Assembly (NCBI RefSeq): GCF_006345805.1
Contig: NC_043014.1
Coordinates: 47,740,001-47,804,000, forward strand
From: Octopus sinensis
Lineage: Eukaryota
Direction: 5' to 3'
DNA: 64,000 nt
Position numbers and translations under genes: made by a program. The stretch's first letter is position 1, and every line of letters begins with the position of its first letter. The notes beneath the pieces are model-generated. The model was not told the origin of the DNA. It saw nothing but the letters and a program-made list of their open reading frames with translations, and made no database searches. This document shows positions 12,525 to 23,203 of this stretch, one piece after another.

Positions 12525-13218
12525 GGGCTTGTAGCGTAGCTCGGTGATATCTTCACTGTTTGAGAGATATATTAGAAATGATCTCATGTTAGATAGCAAC
12601 CATCTTTCAGCTATTTGGACCCTGTTGTGTCCACTGCTCTGATTGGTTGACATTGGTGCAGTTTGTCTCTTGACTTATTTTGCACCAATGTGTGAACCAA
12701 CCAATCAGAACCTTCCAATAAGATCACGTGACACAGTCTTTTGAATTTTCTTCTGGAGCCTCTTGAATGTTATAAATACCCAGTGATCCAGTGAATTGAG
12801 GTCTTTGGTCTTCAGCCATTGACTACACCATGCCAGATCAGCCACTTCCAGCGACGACCAGCCAACAATGTTGGTCTCACCATGGATGGAGCAGGAATTG
12901 GCTGATCTGGCGTGGTGTGGTCACTGGCCGAAGACCAAAGACCTCAATTCACTGGATCCCTGGGTATTTATAACATTCAAGAGGCTCCAGAAGAAAATTA
13001 AAAAAACTGTGTCACATGATCTTATTGGAAGGTTCTGATTGGTTGGTTCACACATTGGTGCAAAATATGTCAAGAAGCAAACTGCACCAATGTCAACCAA
13101 TCAGAGCAGTGGACACAACAGGGTTCAAATAACCGAAAGATGGTTGCTATCTAACACAAGATCATTTCTAATATATCTCTTAAACAGTGAGGATATCACC
13201 GAACTACGCTACAGGCTC
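12525..13218. mobile_element. Foldback/MITE-like element with about 320-bp inverted arms
   Basis: 12525-12843 is the reverse complement of about 12900-13218, with a spacer of about 55 bp; no clear TSD. Confidence 0.85.
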
Positions 13219-13359
13219 AAACTAGTCACTCACATAATGAACTAAGCAATACAGGGAAGTGTCCCACCCAGTGATTAATATAACAATATAAGAAGCAACT
13301 ACAGAGACAGAAAACTGATGGACCAAGTTATGAAATTAGCAGAGAGAGTATGAATATAA

Positions 13360-13643
13360 CAATTGCAGCGTGGAAGGTGTTTGTAAGCCATTTAAGAAAC
13401 ACACAAAAGCTGTTCGATTCACTTCAACATTTAAATTTAATTTGCCAAAATATTTTTGTCGCTTTAAGACTGCAACCTGTTCTCTGACAAAAATATTTTG
13501 ACAAATTAAACTTAAATGTTGAAGTGAATCGAACGGCTTTTTTGTTTCTTAAACGGCTTACAAACACCTTCCACGCTGCAATTGTTTTCGTTTCAGCACA
13601 CGATCTCAGATCAAATCACTTGCTATGCGAGTACATCTCCATA
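13360..13643. mobile_element. Palindromic insertion with 13-bp TSD (Penelope-like architecture)
   Basis: Arms 13359-13460 and 13486-13585; TSD AGTATGAATATAA at 13347-13359 and 13644-13656. Confidence 0.75.
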
Positions 13644-13689
13644 AGTATGAATATAATTAATTAGGAAGAGAATAAGGTTAAATGAGATT

Positions 13690-14160
13690 AGGTTCAGATT
13701 TGATGCAGGCCAGAGTACGTCTGATTCCCTTTTCACAGTGAAACGGCTGCAAGAGAAATTTTTAGCTAGGAGTAAGCTTCTGTGACTAGCATTTGTTGAT
13801 TTTAAAAATGTCTTTGACAGGGTATTATGGTCAGTAGTTTGGTGGTCTTAAAGGAGACCAGATGTAGATAAATAGCTTGTGAGAGCAGCACAAGCTATGT
13901 ACAGAGATGCAGTCAACAAAATTGAGTTCACTGAGGAATTTAGTGTGCAGGTAAGTGTTCGCCAAGGCTCAGTTCTTAGTCTCCTCTTTTTTACTATAGC
14001 CTTCCAAGGAGTTTAAAACCAGCTGTCCTTAGGAACTCCTATAGGCTGATGACTTAGATTCTTAGAGCAGAGTCTGTTGAAGACAGAAAGAGGAAATTCC
14101 AGGCTTGGAAGTAGAACCTAGAATTCGGAAGCCTCAGGGTAAACTTGTTGAAGACCAGCA
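13690..14160 (+). pseudogene. Degenerate RTE-like reverse transcriptase fragment
   Basis: Manual translation gives AFVDFKNVFDRV, VRQGSVLS and ADDL motifs with stops and frameshifts. Confidence 0.8.
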
Positions 14161-15324
14161 ACTTATCATCATCATCATCATTGTTTTAACATCCACTTTT
14201 CCATGCTTATGTGGTTCACATGGAATTGAGTGAAGCAGATTTTCTTCAGCCAAATACTCTTCTTGTCACCAACCTTCACCTGTTTTCCCAAGTAAAGAAA
14301 AACTGGTGAACGTTTTTTTCCATAACCAGACATGTTTTCATGAAAGACTGGAAACAAAGTTAACTACTTGCATGAGGGTGACATGTTTTTTACAATTATC
14401 ACATGAAGTCAAGACCAGGAGACAGTGACATACACACACACACACACATATCATCATCGTTTAACGTCCACTTTCCATGCTGGCATGGGTTGGACGGTTC
14501 AACTGGGGTCTGGGGAGCCAGAAGGCTGCACCAGGCCCAGTCTGATCTGGCAGTGTTTCTACAGCTGGATGCCCTTCCTAACGCCAACCACTCCGTGAGT
14601 ATAGTGGGTGCTTTTTACATGCCACCAGCACAAGTGCCAGACGAGGCTTGCAAACGACCACGATCGGATGGTGCTTTTTACGTGCCACCGGCATGGGGAC
14701 CAGACGAAGCTGGCAATGGCCATGGTCGGATGGTGCTTTTTACGTGCCACCGGCACAGAGGCCAGTCGAGCGGCGCTGGCTACGGCCACATTCGGATGGT
14801 TCTTTCACGTGCCACCAGCACTGGTATCACAGCTACAAATTCCATTGATGTTGATAGATTACGATTTTCATTTTCATTATATATATATATATATATGATG
14901 GGCTTCTTTCAGTTTCCATCAACTAAATCCACTCACAAGGCTTGGGTCAGCCCAATGTTATAGTAGAAGACACTTGCCCAAAGTGCCACACAGTAGGACT
15001 GAACCGAAAGTCCTGTGAATGGGAAGCAAACTTCTTACCTAACAGTCACACCTGCATGCCTTTACTAATCATCATCATCGTCGTTTAACGTTTGCTTTCC
15101 ATGCTAGCATGGGTTGGACGATTTGACTGAGGACTGGCGAACCAGATGGCTGCACCAGGTTTCAATCTTGATCTGGCAGAGTTTCTACAGCTGGATGCCC
15201 TTCCTAATGCCAACCACTCCAAGAGTGTAGTGGGTGCTTTTACGTACCACCGGCACGGGGCCAGTCATGTGGCACTGGCAACGACCTCGCTCGAATCTTT
15301 TACACATGCCACCGGCACGATTAG

Positions 15325-15650
15325 AAAACAAGACAGAACTTTGTTACTATCAAGGAAATGGTCATGCTTAGTATGCAGAAAAGGAGTAAATAGGACCTCC
15401 ATATAATGTGCATGGTGTGAAATACAGCTGCACAAGAGGTGCACAAGGTTCACAGGCTGACGGTGAATAAAGATTTTGTGCATGACATTTTGTCTCGGAA
15501 TAGTTAGAAGTCAGTGCAGTAGTGAAATAACTCCCTTTCAGTGCTCTTATGCAGTAGTTGGCAGCTTTGGTAATATAGACTACGTAATCACCTACGGACG
15601 AAGGTGCCCTGAAAGCATGGTAGCAAGAATTAGAACAAGGCAAGATGGTA
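15325..15650 (+). pseudogene. Degenerate RTE-like LINE fragment (Cys-rich region after RT)
   Basis: KWSCLVCRKGVNRTSI...HKRC...VVGSFGNI...CPESMVARIR, with stops. Confidence 0.65.
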
Positions 15651-16527
15651 ACAAGGGTGTGGTTGTCTTTTCAAGTAAAGGGTAGATTGCGCGTTGCTTG
15701 TGTAGTCAAGTGTGTATCAATGTACTTAATATAATGAGCCCAAGAAATTGTTTATTCATTGAAATTTTGTCCCTAGTGAAAAGAAAATATTTTTAAGTGT
15801 GACGCAGGAGTGGCTGTGTGGTAAGTAGCTTGCTTACCAACCACATGGTTCCGTGTTCAGTCCCACTGCGTGGCACCTAGGGCAAGTGTCTTCTACTATA
15901 GCCTCGGGCCGACCAAAGCCTTGTGGGTGGATTTGGTAAACGGAAACTGAAAGAAGCCCGTCGTATATATATATATGTATATATATATGTGTGTGTGTGT
16001 GTGTGTATATGTTTGTGTGTCTGTGTTTGTTCCCCCAACATCGCTTGGCAACACAATGCTGGTGTGTTTAAAGCACCGTAACTTAGCGATTCGGCAAAGC
16101 AGACCGATAGAATAAGTACTAGGCTTACAAAGAATAAGTCCTGGGGTCGATTTGCTCGACTAAAGGTGGTGCCCCAGCATGGCCGCAGTCAAATGACTGA
16201 AACAAATAAGAGAAAGAAAAAATAAAAGTGTAATAATTTTTTTTTTTTACTCAAGGGAGACAACTCCAAAATCCAAATCAAAAACCGTATCGTCTGCCCC
16301 GGTTACAGTTAAGTGGAACTCTCTAATATCACTAACGAATGTGGCCACCACTGACAACTGCTGTACTTAACTACACAGTACTATGTACTATGTAAATAGT
16401 ACGCTGTTATATACATAGTATACACGCATCTTACACATTACAGTGTAAAAATTACTCAATTATATACAGCTAAACGTTATCGTCTGCCACATTACGACCC
16501 AGAGTGGAACTCTCGAGTGTCACAAAC

Positions 16528-16591
16528 ATGTCTACCGTCGACGTGGAAGACGAAACGATTCTGACGGCGATATTTAAAGATTCTTTCCCCG
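16528..16591 (+). CDS. COG8: COG8 exon 1
   Basis: ATG at 16528, MSTVDVEDETILTAIFKDSFP, donor GTAAAT; matches human COG8 EVEDEGLLASLFRDRFP; ends phase 1, compatible with exon 2. Confidence 0.9.
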
Positions 16592-16651
16592 GTAAATTTT
16601 ATTGTTTTTCTCTGTGGTAGCTGCAAACAACAACCCATTACCTGACGACAG

Positions 16652-17071
16652 GGCGATCTTTCGTCTCTAGTAGACCTTTCCGTCGATTTCCGTAAAAAAA
16701 TATATTTTTTTACATATGGGCTTGCGAGAACTTTTGAAGTAATATACATACATATACACATACACCGAGTAAAAAATTTCAGTTATCTCTTTCTTTCACA
16801 CATTACTCTGTCTCTTCACACACACTAACAGAAGCACTTCACTTACACAACATACAGTCTGTCTCCCACACCCCATCAAACACACACACACACACATGTA
16901 CATCAATGCTTGCCATGCACGGTAACTTCAAAAGAACTTCCCTCGTCATAAAATGGCTTTCTCTTAGTCTCTTTCGCTCTCATTACTTCAAAAGTTCCCG
17001 CAAGCCCATATGTAAAAAAAAAAAATTTTACGGAAATTGACGGAAAGGTCTACTAGAGACGAAAGATTGCC
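16652..17071. mobile_element. MITE with about 90-bp TIRs in COG8 intron 1
   Basis: GGCGATCTTTCGTCTCTAGTAGACC... (16652-16743) is inverted at 16982-17071; no TSD recognised. Confidence 0.8.
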
Positions 17072-17339
17072 AACTCTCTCTTTTTGTTTTATTTGGTTTG
17101 TTAAGACAAGAGATTGTTTTGCCGTCAGCACCAGGTTTTACGCTTGACCGAACACATCGTATGTTCAAAGACATTGCAGCGATGGTCATCCTCTGTTTTT
17201 ATCATTTTCTGTTTTTAAACAAATATAGCACCTCTAAAGCTACATTATTTAATGTGTCTTTCTATATTTAATGTAACAGGGCGTAGTTTTAGGGCAGTTT
17301 GGCTGCTGTGCTATTTAATAATAATAATAATAATGAAAT

Positions 17340-17697
17340 TATTGTATACAGAGCTCAGGTGCACCACAACTTGTCAAAAGTGCGTATATAGCATATGCAG
17401 TAATGTACAAATGTCTGGAAAGCGAACAATGTATGAGTCAGATACATGCTTGCGTGTGTATGGAGGGGAGAAAGATCAGGTGTAGTGTTGGCGAATCTCA
17501 GGAAGCATGGAAGTTTTGAAGGATGCAGTGCTCCGACAACTAACAACTGATGCCGGCAGTTTGTTCCATGCTTCAGCAACTCTTAGTGTGAAAAAATGTT
17601 TCCTAAAGTCATGGAAGGAGCTGTGCTGTTTTCTGACTTTGTAAACATGTCCATGGGTGTTAGACGGGTGGAGTTTGAAAAGGTGCTCAGAGTTATT
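17340..17697 (-). mobile_element. CR1-like LINE 3' fragment
   Basis: Reverse-complement copy of 39706-40110. Confidence 0.8.
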
Positions 17698-18602
17698 TCT
17701 AGCAGATCGAACGACTGGACTGCATAAAGGCTACCTCGTCGAGACTTGATATAAAGGGCTTATAGGAATGTCTAATGTTCATATCCTTCTCCCTGTTAAT
17801 AATCATGTAGTTTAAGTGAACCCGTGACATTTCGGGTCATAAGTTCGCTTCTAACAAAGCTTTAGACTACTAACCTTTTTAGTATTAATAATTATTAGGA
17901 CAGTCGTTCTGCTCCAATGAGTTCAAATCCCACAACGTTTTAATATGTCTCTCACCCTTCCTGAGTTCATAAAAAGTAAATATCAGTTCTGTACTTAGAT
18001 TAATTAATTCTACGGCGGACTTTATGGAAAAGCTATCACTATTTTACCGAGATGGAAAAGGGCAAAATAATCGTGTAGTTGTTCACTTCCTTCTTTTTTC
18101 AGTATTCCTGCTTCATGCAACAGGAATTACGATTGTGGAAGAATTGATTTACCAAACGATGTTTTTTTAATTTTTATTTTTCACTGTTTTACTCCCCATT
18201 TTCCACACCTTTTCCCTTTCCCGTAAGGTAGAGGTAGTTATTCTGCAAGTCTGACAATTCTACTTCATTTCCGTACAAAATTACTTTACTGGTATGAACC
18301 ATGTGATAATTCGGACATGATATGTGAACGGTCTACCCCATGAATTGAGTGAAGAGTTTGGTTTGGAATCCTATGAACATTGCTGTATACATGAGGTTAT
18401 GGGTACTAGTAGCATAGACTGGACCCGATTTGCGCAGACGCGCGTGTGCGCAAACCGGGTCCAGAATACGCTACAAGTACCAGGTTATGTAGTGATATAT
18501 TCAGACACTGGTCTTGTTATATGCGGATATAATAATAATAATTAATGTGGAGAAACATGTTATTACTGACACACCATTATTATGTCATTTATACATTTAT
18601 AC

Positions 18603-18978
18603 AGGAGGCGCAATGGCCCAGTGGTTAGGGCAGCGGACTCGCGGTCGTAGGATCGCGGTTTCGATTCCCAGACCGGGCGTTGTGAGTGTTTATTGAGCGA
18701 AAACACCTAAAAGCTCGACGAGGCTCCGGCAGGGGATGGTGGTGACCCCTGCTGTACTCTTTCACCACAACTTTCTCTCACTCTTACTTCCTGTTTCTGT
18801 TGTACCTGTATTTCAAAGGGCCGGCCTTGTCACGCTGAATATCCCCGAGAACTACGTTAAGGGTACACGTGTCTGTGGAGTGCTCAGCCACTTACACGTT
18901 AATTTCACGAGCAGGCTGTTCCGTTGATTCGGATCAACCGGAACCCTCATCGTCGTAACCGACGGAGTGCTTCCACAC
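18603..18978 (+). mobile_element. tRNA(Arg)-like SINE family D
   Basis: Head TGGCCCAGTGG...GACTCGCGG...GGTTTCGATTCCC; flanking direct repeat ACATTTATAC; other copies at 58401-58764(-), 58791-59085(+), about 59640-59930(-). Confidence 0.8.
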
Positions 18979-19300
18979 ACATTTATACAATGCTTCAAAC
19001 AAATTAATGTGAATTATTATAATTAATTCAGTCTACCAATTCTATAACTGTCTGTGCACAATTACAGAATTAGTAGAGCTCTACACAAAATTCCCTGCCA
19101 ATTTATGTGTACACAGTTACGTTCTGGATCAAACCCCAGCAGGGTCTGCTTTGCCTTCCTACATTTGAAATTGTTATTGTTAAGAGAAATATAAAAACTA
19201 AAGAATAATTTTTTTTTTTTATCTAGTTTCAGCTCACGAGCTGTGGCCATGCTGGGGCACCGCCATCTAATATTTGGCTTTCTTTTTTTTTTTTTTCTAG

Positions 19301-19372
19301 AAAGTTGGAAAGAAAACCCTGATTTTGTCCAATACCTAGCAGAATTAAGTTCTTTTGGCATCGAGAAATTGA
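19301..19372 (+). CDS. COG8: COG8 exon 2
   Basis: Poly-T + ctag acceptor, GTAAGT donor; (E)SWKENPDFVQYLAELSSFGIEKL, phase 1 to 1. Confidence 0.92.
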
Positions 19373-19929
19373 GTAAGTACACAGATTACCTTTGAATTAT
19401 TACTTTTACTGCTTATTATTTATATACACACTGTTACCATTTTGTAGTCTATATACACCATGCTGCCACTGTATATATATGATAAATGTTTTTAAAAAAA
19501 TTCAAACAATGCACAGGAGTGGCTGTGTGGTAAGTAGCTTGCTAACCAACCACATGGTTCCGGGTTCAGTCCCAGTGTGTCATCTTCGGCAAGTGTTTTC
19601 TGCTATAGCCCCGGGCCGACCAATGCCTTGTGAGTGGATTTGGTAGACGGAAATTGAAAGAAGCCTGTCTTATATATGTATATATATATATATGTATGTG
19701 TGTGTGTTTGTCCCCCTAGCATTGCTTGATAACTGATGCTGGTGTGCTTACGTCCCCATCACTTAGCGGTTCGGCAAAAGAGACCGATAGAATAAGTACT
19801 GGGCTTACAAAGAATAAGTCCCAGGGTCGATTTGCTTGACTAAAGGCGGTGCTCCAGCATGGCCGCAGTCAAATGACTGAAACAGGTAAAAGAGTAAGAG
19901 TAAAAGGTGAGAAGTAAGACAAAATATGT

Positions 19930-20429
19930 AAAGTGATGTCAATAAATCAAAATATAGAGAAAATATTGTATTGTCTGTGGCTTGGTCTGGTTTCTTCAGA
20001 AAAATCACTGAAAGAAACAGTTTTTAAATTTTCACTCCATTCAGGTGCCAATTCATTTTCTTTATCGCTGTCGGAGCTCTTGGATTCACTGTTTTCACTT
20101 TCGGAAAATGAAACATCAAATTCATTATCAAATACCACGTGCTTTTTTTTTTCAGTCATAGAGTTAGATTTATGAAGGTCTTCAGTAGAAAATCCTTCGA
20201 ATTCTAACTCGCTATCCATTTTTTGTCAGAATTACAAATTTTGAAAACACAATAGGAACAAATTTCGGAAAAAAATCTCCCAAAATTCACGGAATTAAAA
20301 TTTCACGAATGTACTAAAGAGATTTGCTCTGATATTCTCATTTAAATATGAATAGGTAAATACGGGCGGCTTTGGTCGGTTTGGTCACATTAACCAAAAT
20401 TTTTTTCGGGCGGTTTGGTAACGAAAGGG
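19930..20429 (-). mobile_element. Truncated piggyBac 5' end with transposase N-terminus
   Basis: TTAA|CCCTTT terminus at 20429-20433 on the minus strand; acidic ORF 19947-20219 (MDSELEFEGF...W...F) resembles a piggyBac N-terminus; cut off next to a SINE. Confidence 0.65.
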
Positions 20430-21869
20430 TTAATGTAACATTTCAGGAAAGGATTGTTTAATGTAACATTTCAGGAAAGATTCCTCTCATCAAATATAAG
20501 AAAGATGATAATCCAAGAGTCTGGAGAAATATGTTATTACTGACATACCAATATTATGTCATTTATACAATGCTTCAAACAAATTACTTTTTATCCTTTA
20601 TAACCTTAAAGACCCCACCCCCCCGTAGACGAACCGTAGGATTGCACCTAGAAAGTTCCCCCCCACCCCACCCCACCCCAAGGCACAAGTCTGGGTAAAG
20701 TTGTTTATGAAAGACCAGCTGTTTCCCATGCATACCAGCCTCCCATCCGCATGCCACCGATGTTCCCTCTCCCTCTTTCGGAGAGGCACTGAGCACCTAC
20801 ACGCACACATACACACACGGCAGTAACTCCCACCTACCGGATTCAATCACAAAGCTTCGGTCGACTCGGGGCTACAGTGGAAGACACCTACCCAAAGTGC
20901 CACGCAGTGGGACTGAACCCGAGACCATGTAGCTAGGAAGCAAGCTCCCTAACCACACAGCCATGCCCGTCCAAAAGAAAGGCAAAGGCCAATACAGTTT
21001 GGCACCAGTGATGTCACAACTCATTTCTACAGCTGAGTGAACTGGAGCAACGTGAAATAAAGCGTCTTGCTCAAGAACACAACACACAGCCCGGTCTGGG
21101 AATCAAACTCACTAGCTTATGGCTGTGAGCCTGACACTCTAACCATAGGCCATGTGTCTTCACCTACTCTATTTATAATAGAAACATGGGGGAAATGAGT
21201 GTGGCAATTTAAATCCTTACATGTGAAGTGCTATGGAAAATTCCTTCTGTAACACCATGTTACCACTCTATGAGAGGGAATCCACTAAAAGTGAACTCCC
21301 TTACACTAGCCACTAAAAGTTGTTCTCAAGAAAAAATTTAGCACACCATGAACCTAAGCGGGCAGGACAAATGAAAAATAACAAAAATATAGATTAACCC
21401 TATACAATTGTTTCACTGTTAATAAATTATGCAATTTTACTTACACAATTAATTTGCAGATCATCAGTAGAGTCTGTCAAGAATATAATTTGTCAAACTG
21501 CACGCCATATATTAACATGAGGCCAAAGGTGCGAGCAGTACGGCCTATTACATTCATAGTTATATTCAAATGCCCTCGTCCAGCGTGCCAAATTTCTGGA
21601 AATAAATACTGCATAAAACAATTCACTGCAGTAGTTAATGCCGGTTTGAGAACAATATTAAGAATTAATGGCTAGTGGCTAGCGTAAGGGAGTTTACATG
21701 TATTAATAATATTTACTGAATCTCAGTTTTTTATGCGCTAAACCATTGGTGTTAAACTGATATTATTAAATTAATATACAATTTTTCACCCTCATTTTGA
21801 TTTTATATATATGGCGGTGCCCCAGCATGGCCACAGCTCAAGAGCTGAAACTGGAAAACATAAACATAT

Positions 21870-21906
<37 letters not shown>

Positions 21907-22173
21907 TAATAATAAAACATATGCATAATATATATACATATATGTACGTACCTACCTCTACATGTATATATACACGCATATATACATATATATATACATA
22001 TACACTCACACACTGTTATCACGGAACTCTGCATATAAATCCTATTACCATTGTACATACACCATGTTACCACTCCACACTCTATATACACTGAGATACC
22101 ACTCCATGCAGCATGTACACCAATTCTCATTCTATGAGTGTTGCTATAAATGCACCATATTTTCTGATTGCAG

Positions 22174-22298
22174 GCCGAGAACCAGAGAGACTTGCAGAGG
22201 AGAAGGCACAGATTCTCGAGGAAACTCAGGATTTAGCATTTCATAATTACAAAACATTTATTGAGACTGCTGAATGTTCGAGAGAGATCTTTGAAGAT
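22174..22298 (+). CDS. COG8: COG8 exon 3
   Basis: cag acceptor, GTGAGT donor; [41 protein letters not shown]. Confidence 0.96.
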
Positions 22299-22440
22299 GT
22301 GAGTATATACAAACAAATGGACATTGCCTAACCTCTTGTTCTTTTCTTTCAATAGCACAATAAAAGATAAGATTGTCTCTGTCACGCACAGGGACCAGCT
22401 CTGGTTTCTGTAGCTTAAAATGAATGAGAGAGTACATTAA

Positions 22441-23203
22441 TTTCTTTACTACCCACAAGGGGCTAAACACAGAGAGGACAAACAAGGACAGACAAACGGA
22501 TTGTCGATTATATCGACCCCAGTGAGTAACCGGTACTTAATTAATTGACCCTGAAAGGATGAAAGGCAAAGTCAACCTCAGCGGAATTTGAACTCAGAAC
22601 GTAACAGCAGATGAAATACCTATTTCTTTACTACCCGCAAGGAGCTAAACACAGGACAAACAAGGACAGACAAAGGGATTAAGTCGATTATATCAACCCC
22701 AGTGCGTAACTGGTACTTATTTAATCGACCCCGAAAGGATGAGAGACAAAGTCGACCTCGGCAGAATTTGAACTCCGAACGTAACGGCAGATGAAATACC
22801 TATTTCTTTACTACCCACAAGGGGCTAAACACAGAGAGGACAAACAAGGACAGACAAACGGATTAAGTCGATTATATCGACCCCAGTGTGTAACTGGTAC
22901 TTAATTTATCAACCCTGAAAGGATGAAAAGCAAAGTCGACCTCAGCAGAATTTGAACTCCGAACGTAACGGCAGATGAAATACCTATTTCTTTACTACCC
23001 ACAAGGGCTAAACACAGAGAGGACAGACAAACGGATTAAGTCGATTATATCGACCCCAGTGCATAACTGGTACTTATTTAATCGACCCCGAAAGGATGAA
23101 AGGCAAAGTCGACCTTGGCGGAATTTGAACTCAGAACGTAACGGCAGACGAAATACCGCTAAGCATTTTGCCCGGCATGCTAATGATTCTGCCAGCTCGC
23201 TGC
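22441..23203 (-). mobile_element. SINE family C concatemer (4 units of about 180 bp, one complete head)
   Basis: Units start at 22441, 22621, 22801 and 22985; box B GAGTTCAAATTCC in each unit; core CCTTTCATCCTTTCGGGGTCGAT. Confidence 0.88.

Noticed and set aside
14403-14963. Recurrent ORFs with FLQLDALPNANHS, PEPCGWLASYLPHSH or RPRKDERQSRP
   Set aside because: Chance translations of SINE families A, B and C, in varying frames and strands.
17140-17200. Possible fourth hammerhead (CAGAGGA...GACC/GGTC)
   Set aside because: Core CUGANGA is mutated, GAAA is absent and there is no convincing stem I.
18103-18160. Pyrimidine tract + CAG in COG8 intron 1 suggesting an extra exon
   Set aside because: The compatible frame hits a stop, there is no COG8 homology, and exons 1 and 2 already join in phase.
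18606-18675. tRNA-Arg-like sequence (also other box A/B heads)
   Set aside because: No complete cloverleaf or acceptor stem, and each continues into a repeated body; these are SINE heads, not tRNA genes.
18549-20590. About 65-bp sequence shared between 18549-19005 (split by a SINE) and 20523-20586
   Set aside because: Short old local duplication flanking exon 2, with no duplicated coding sequence or recognisable function.
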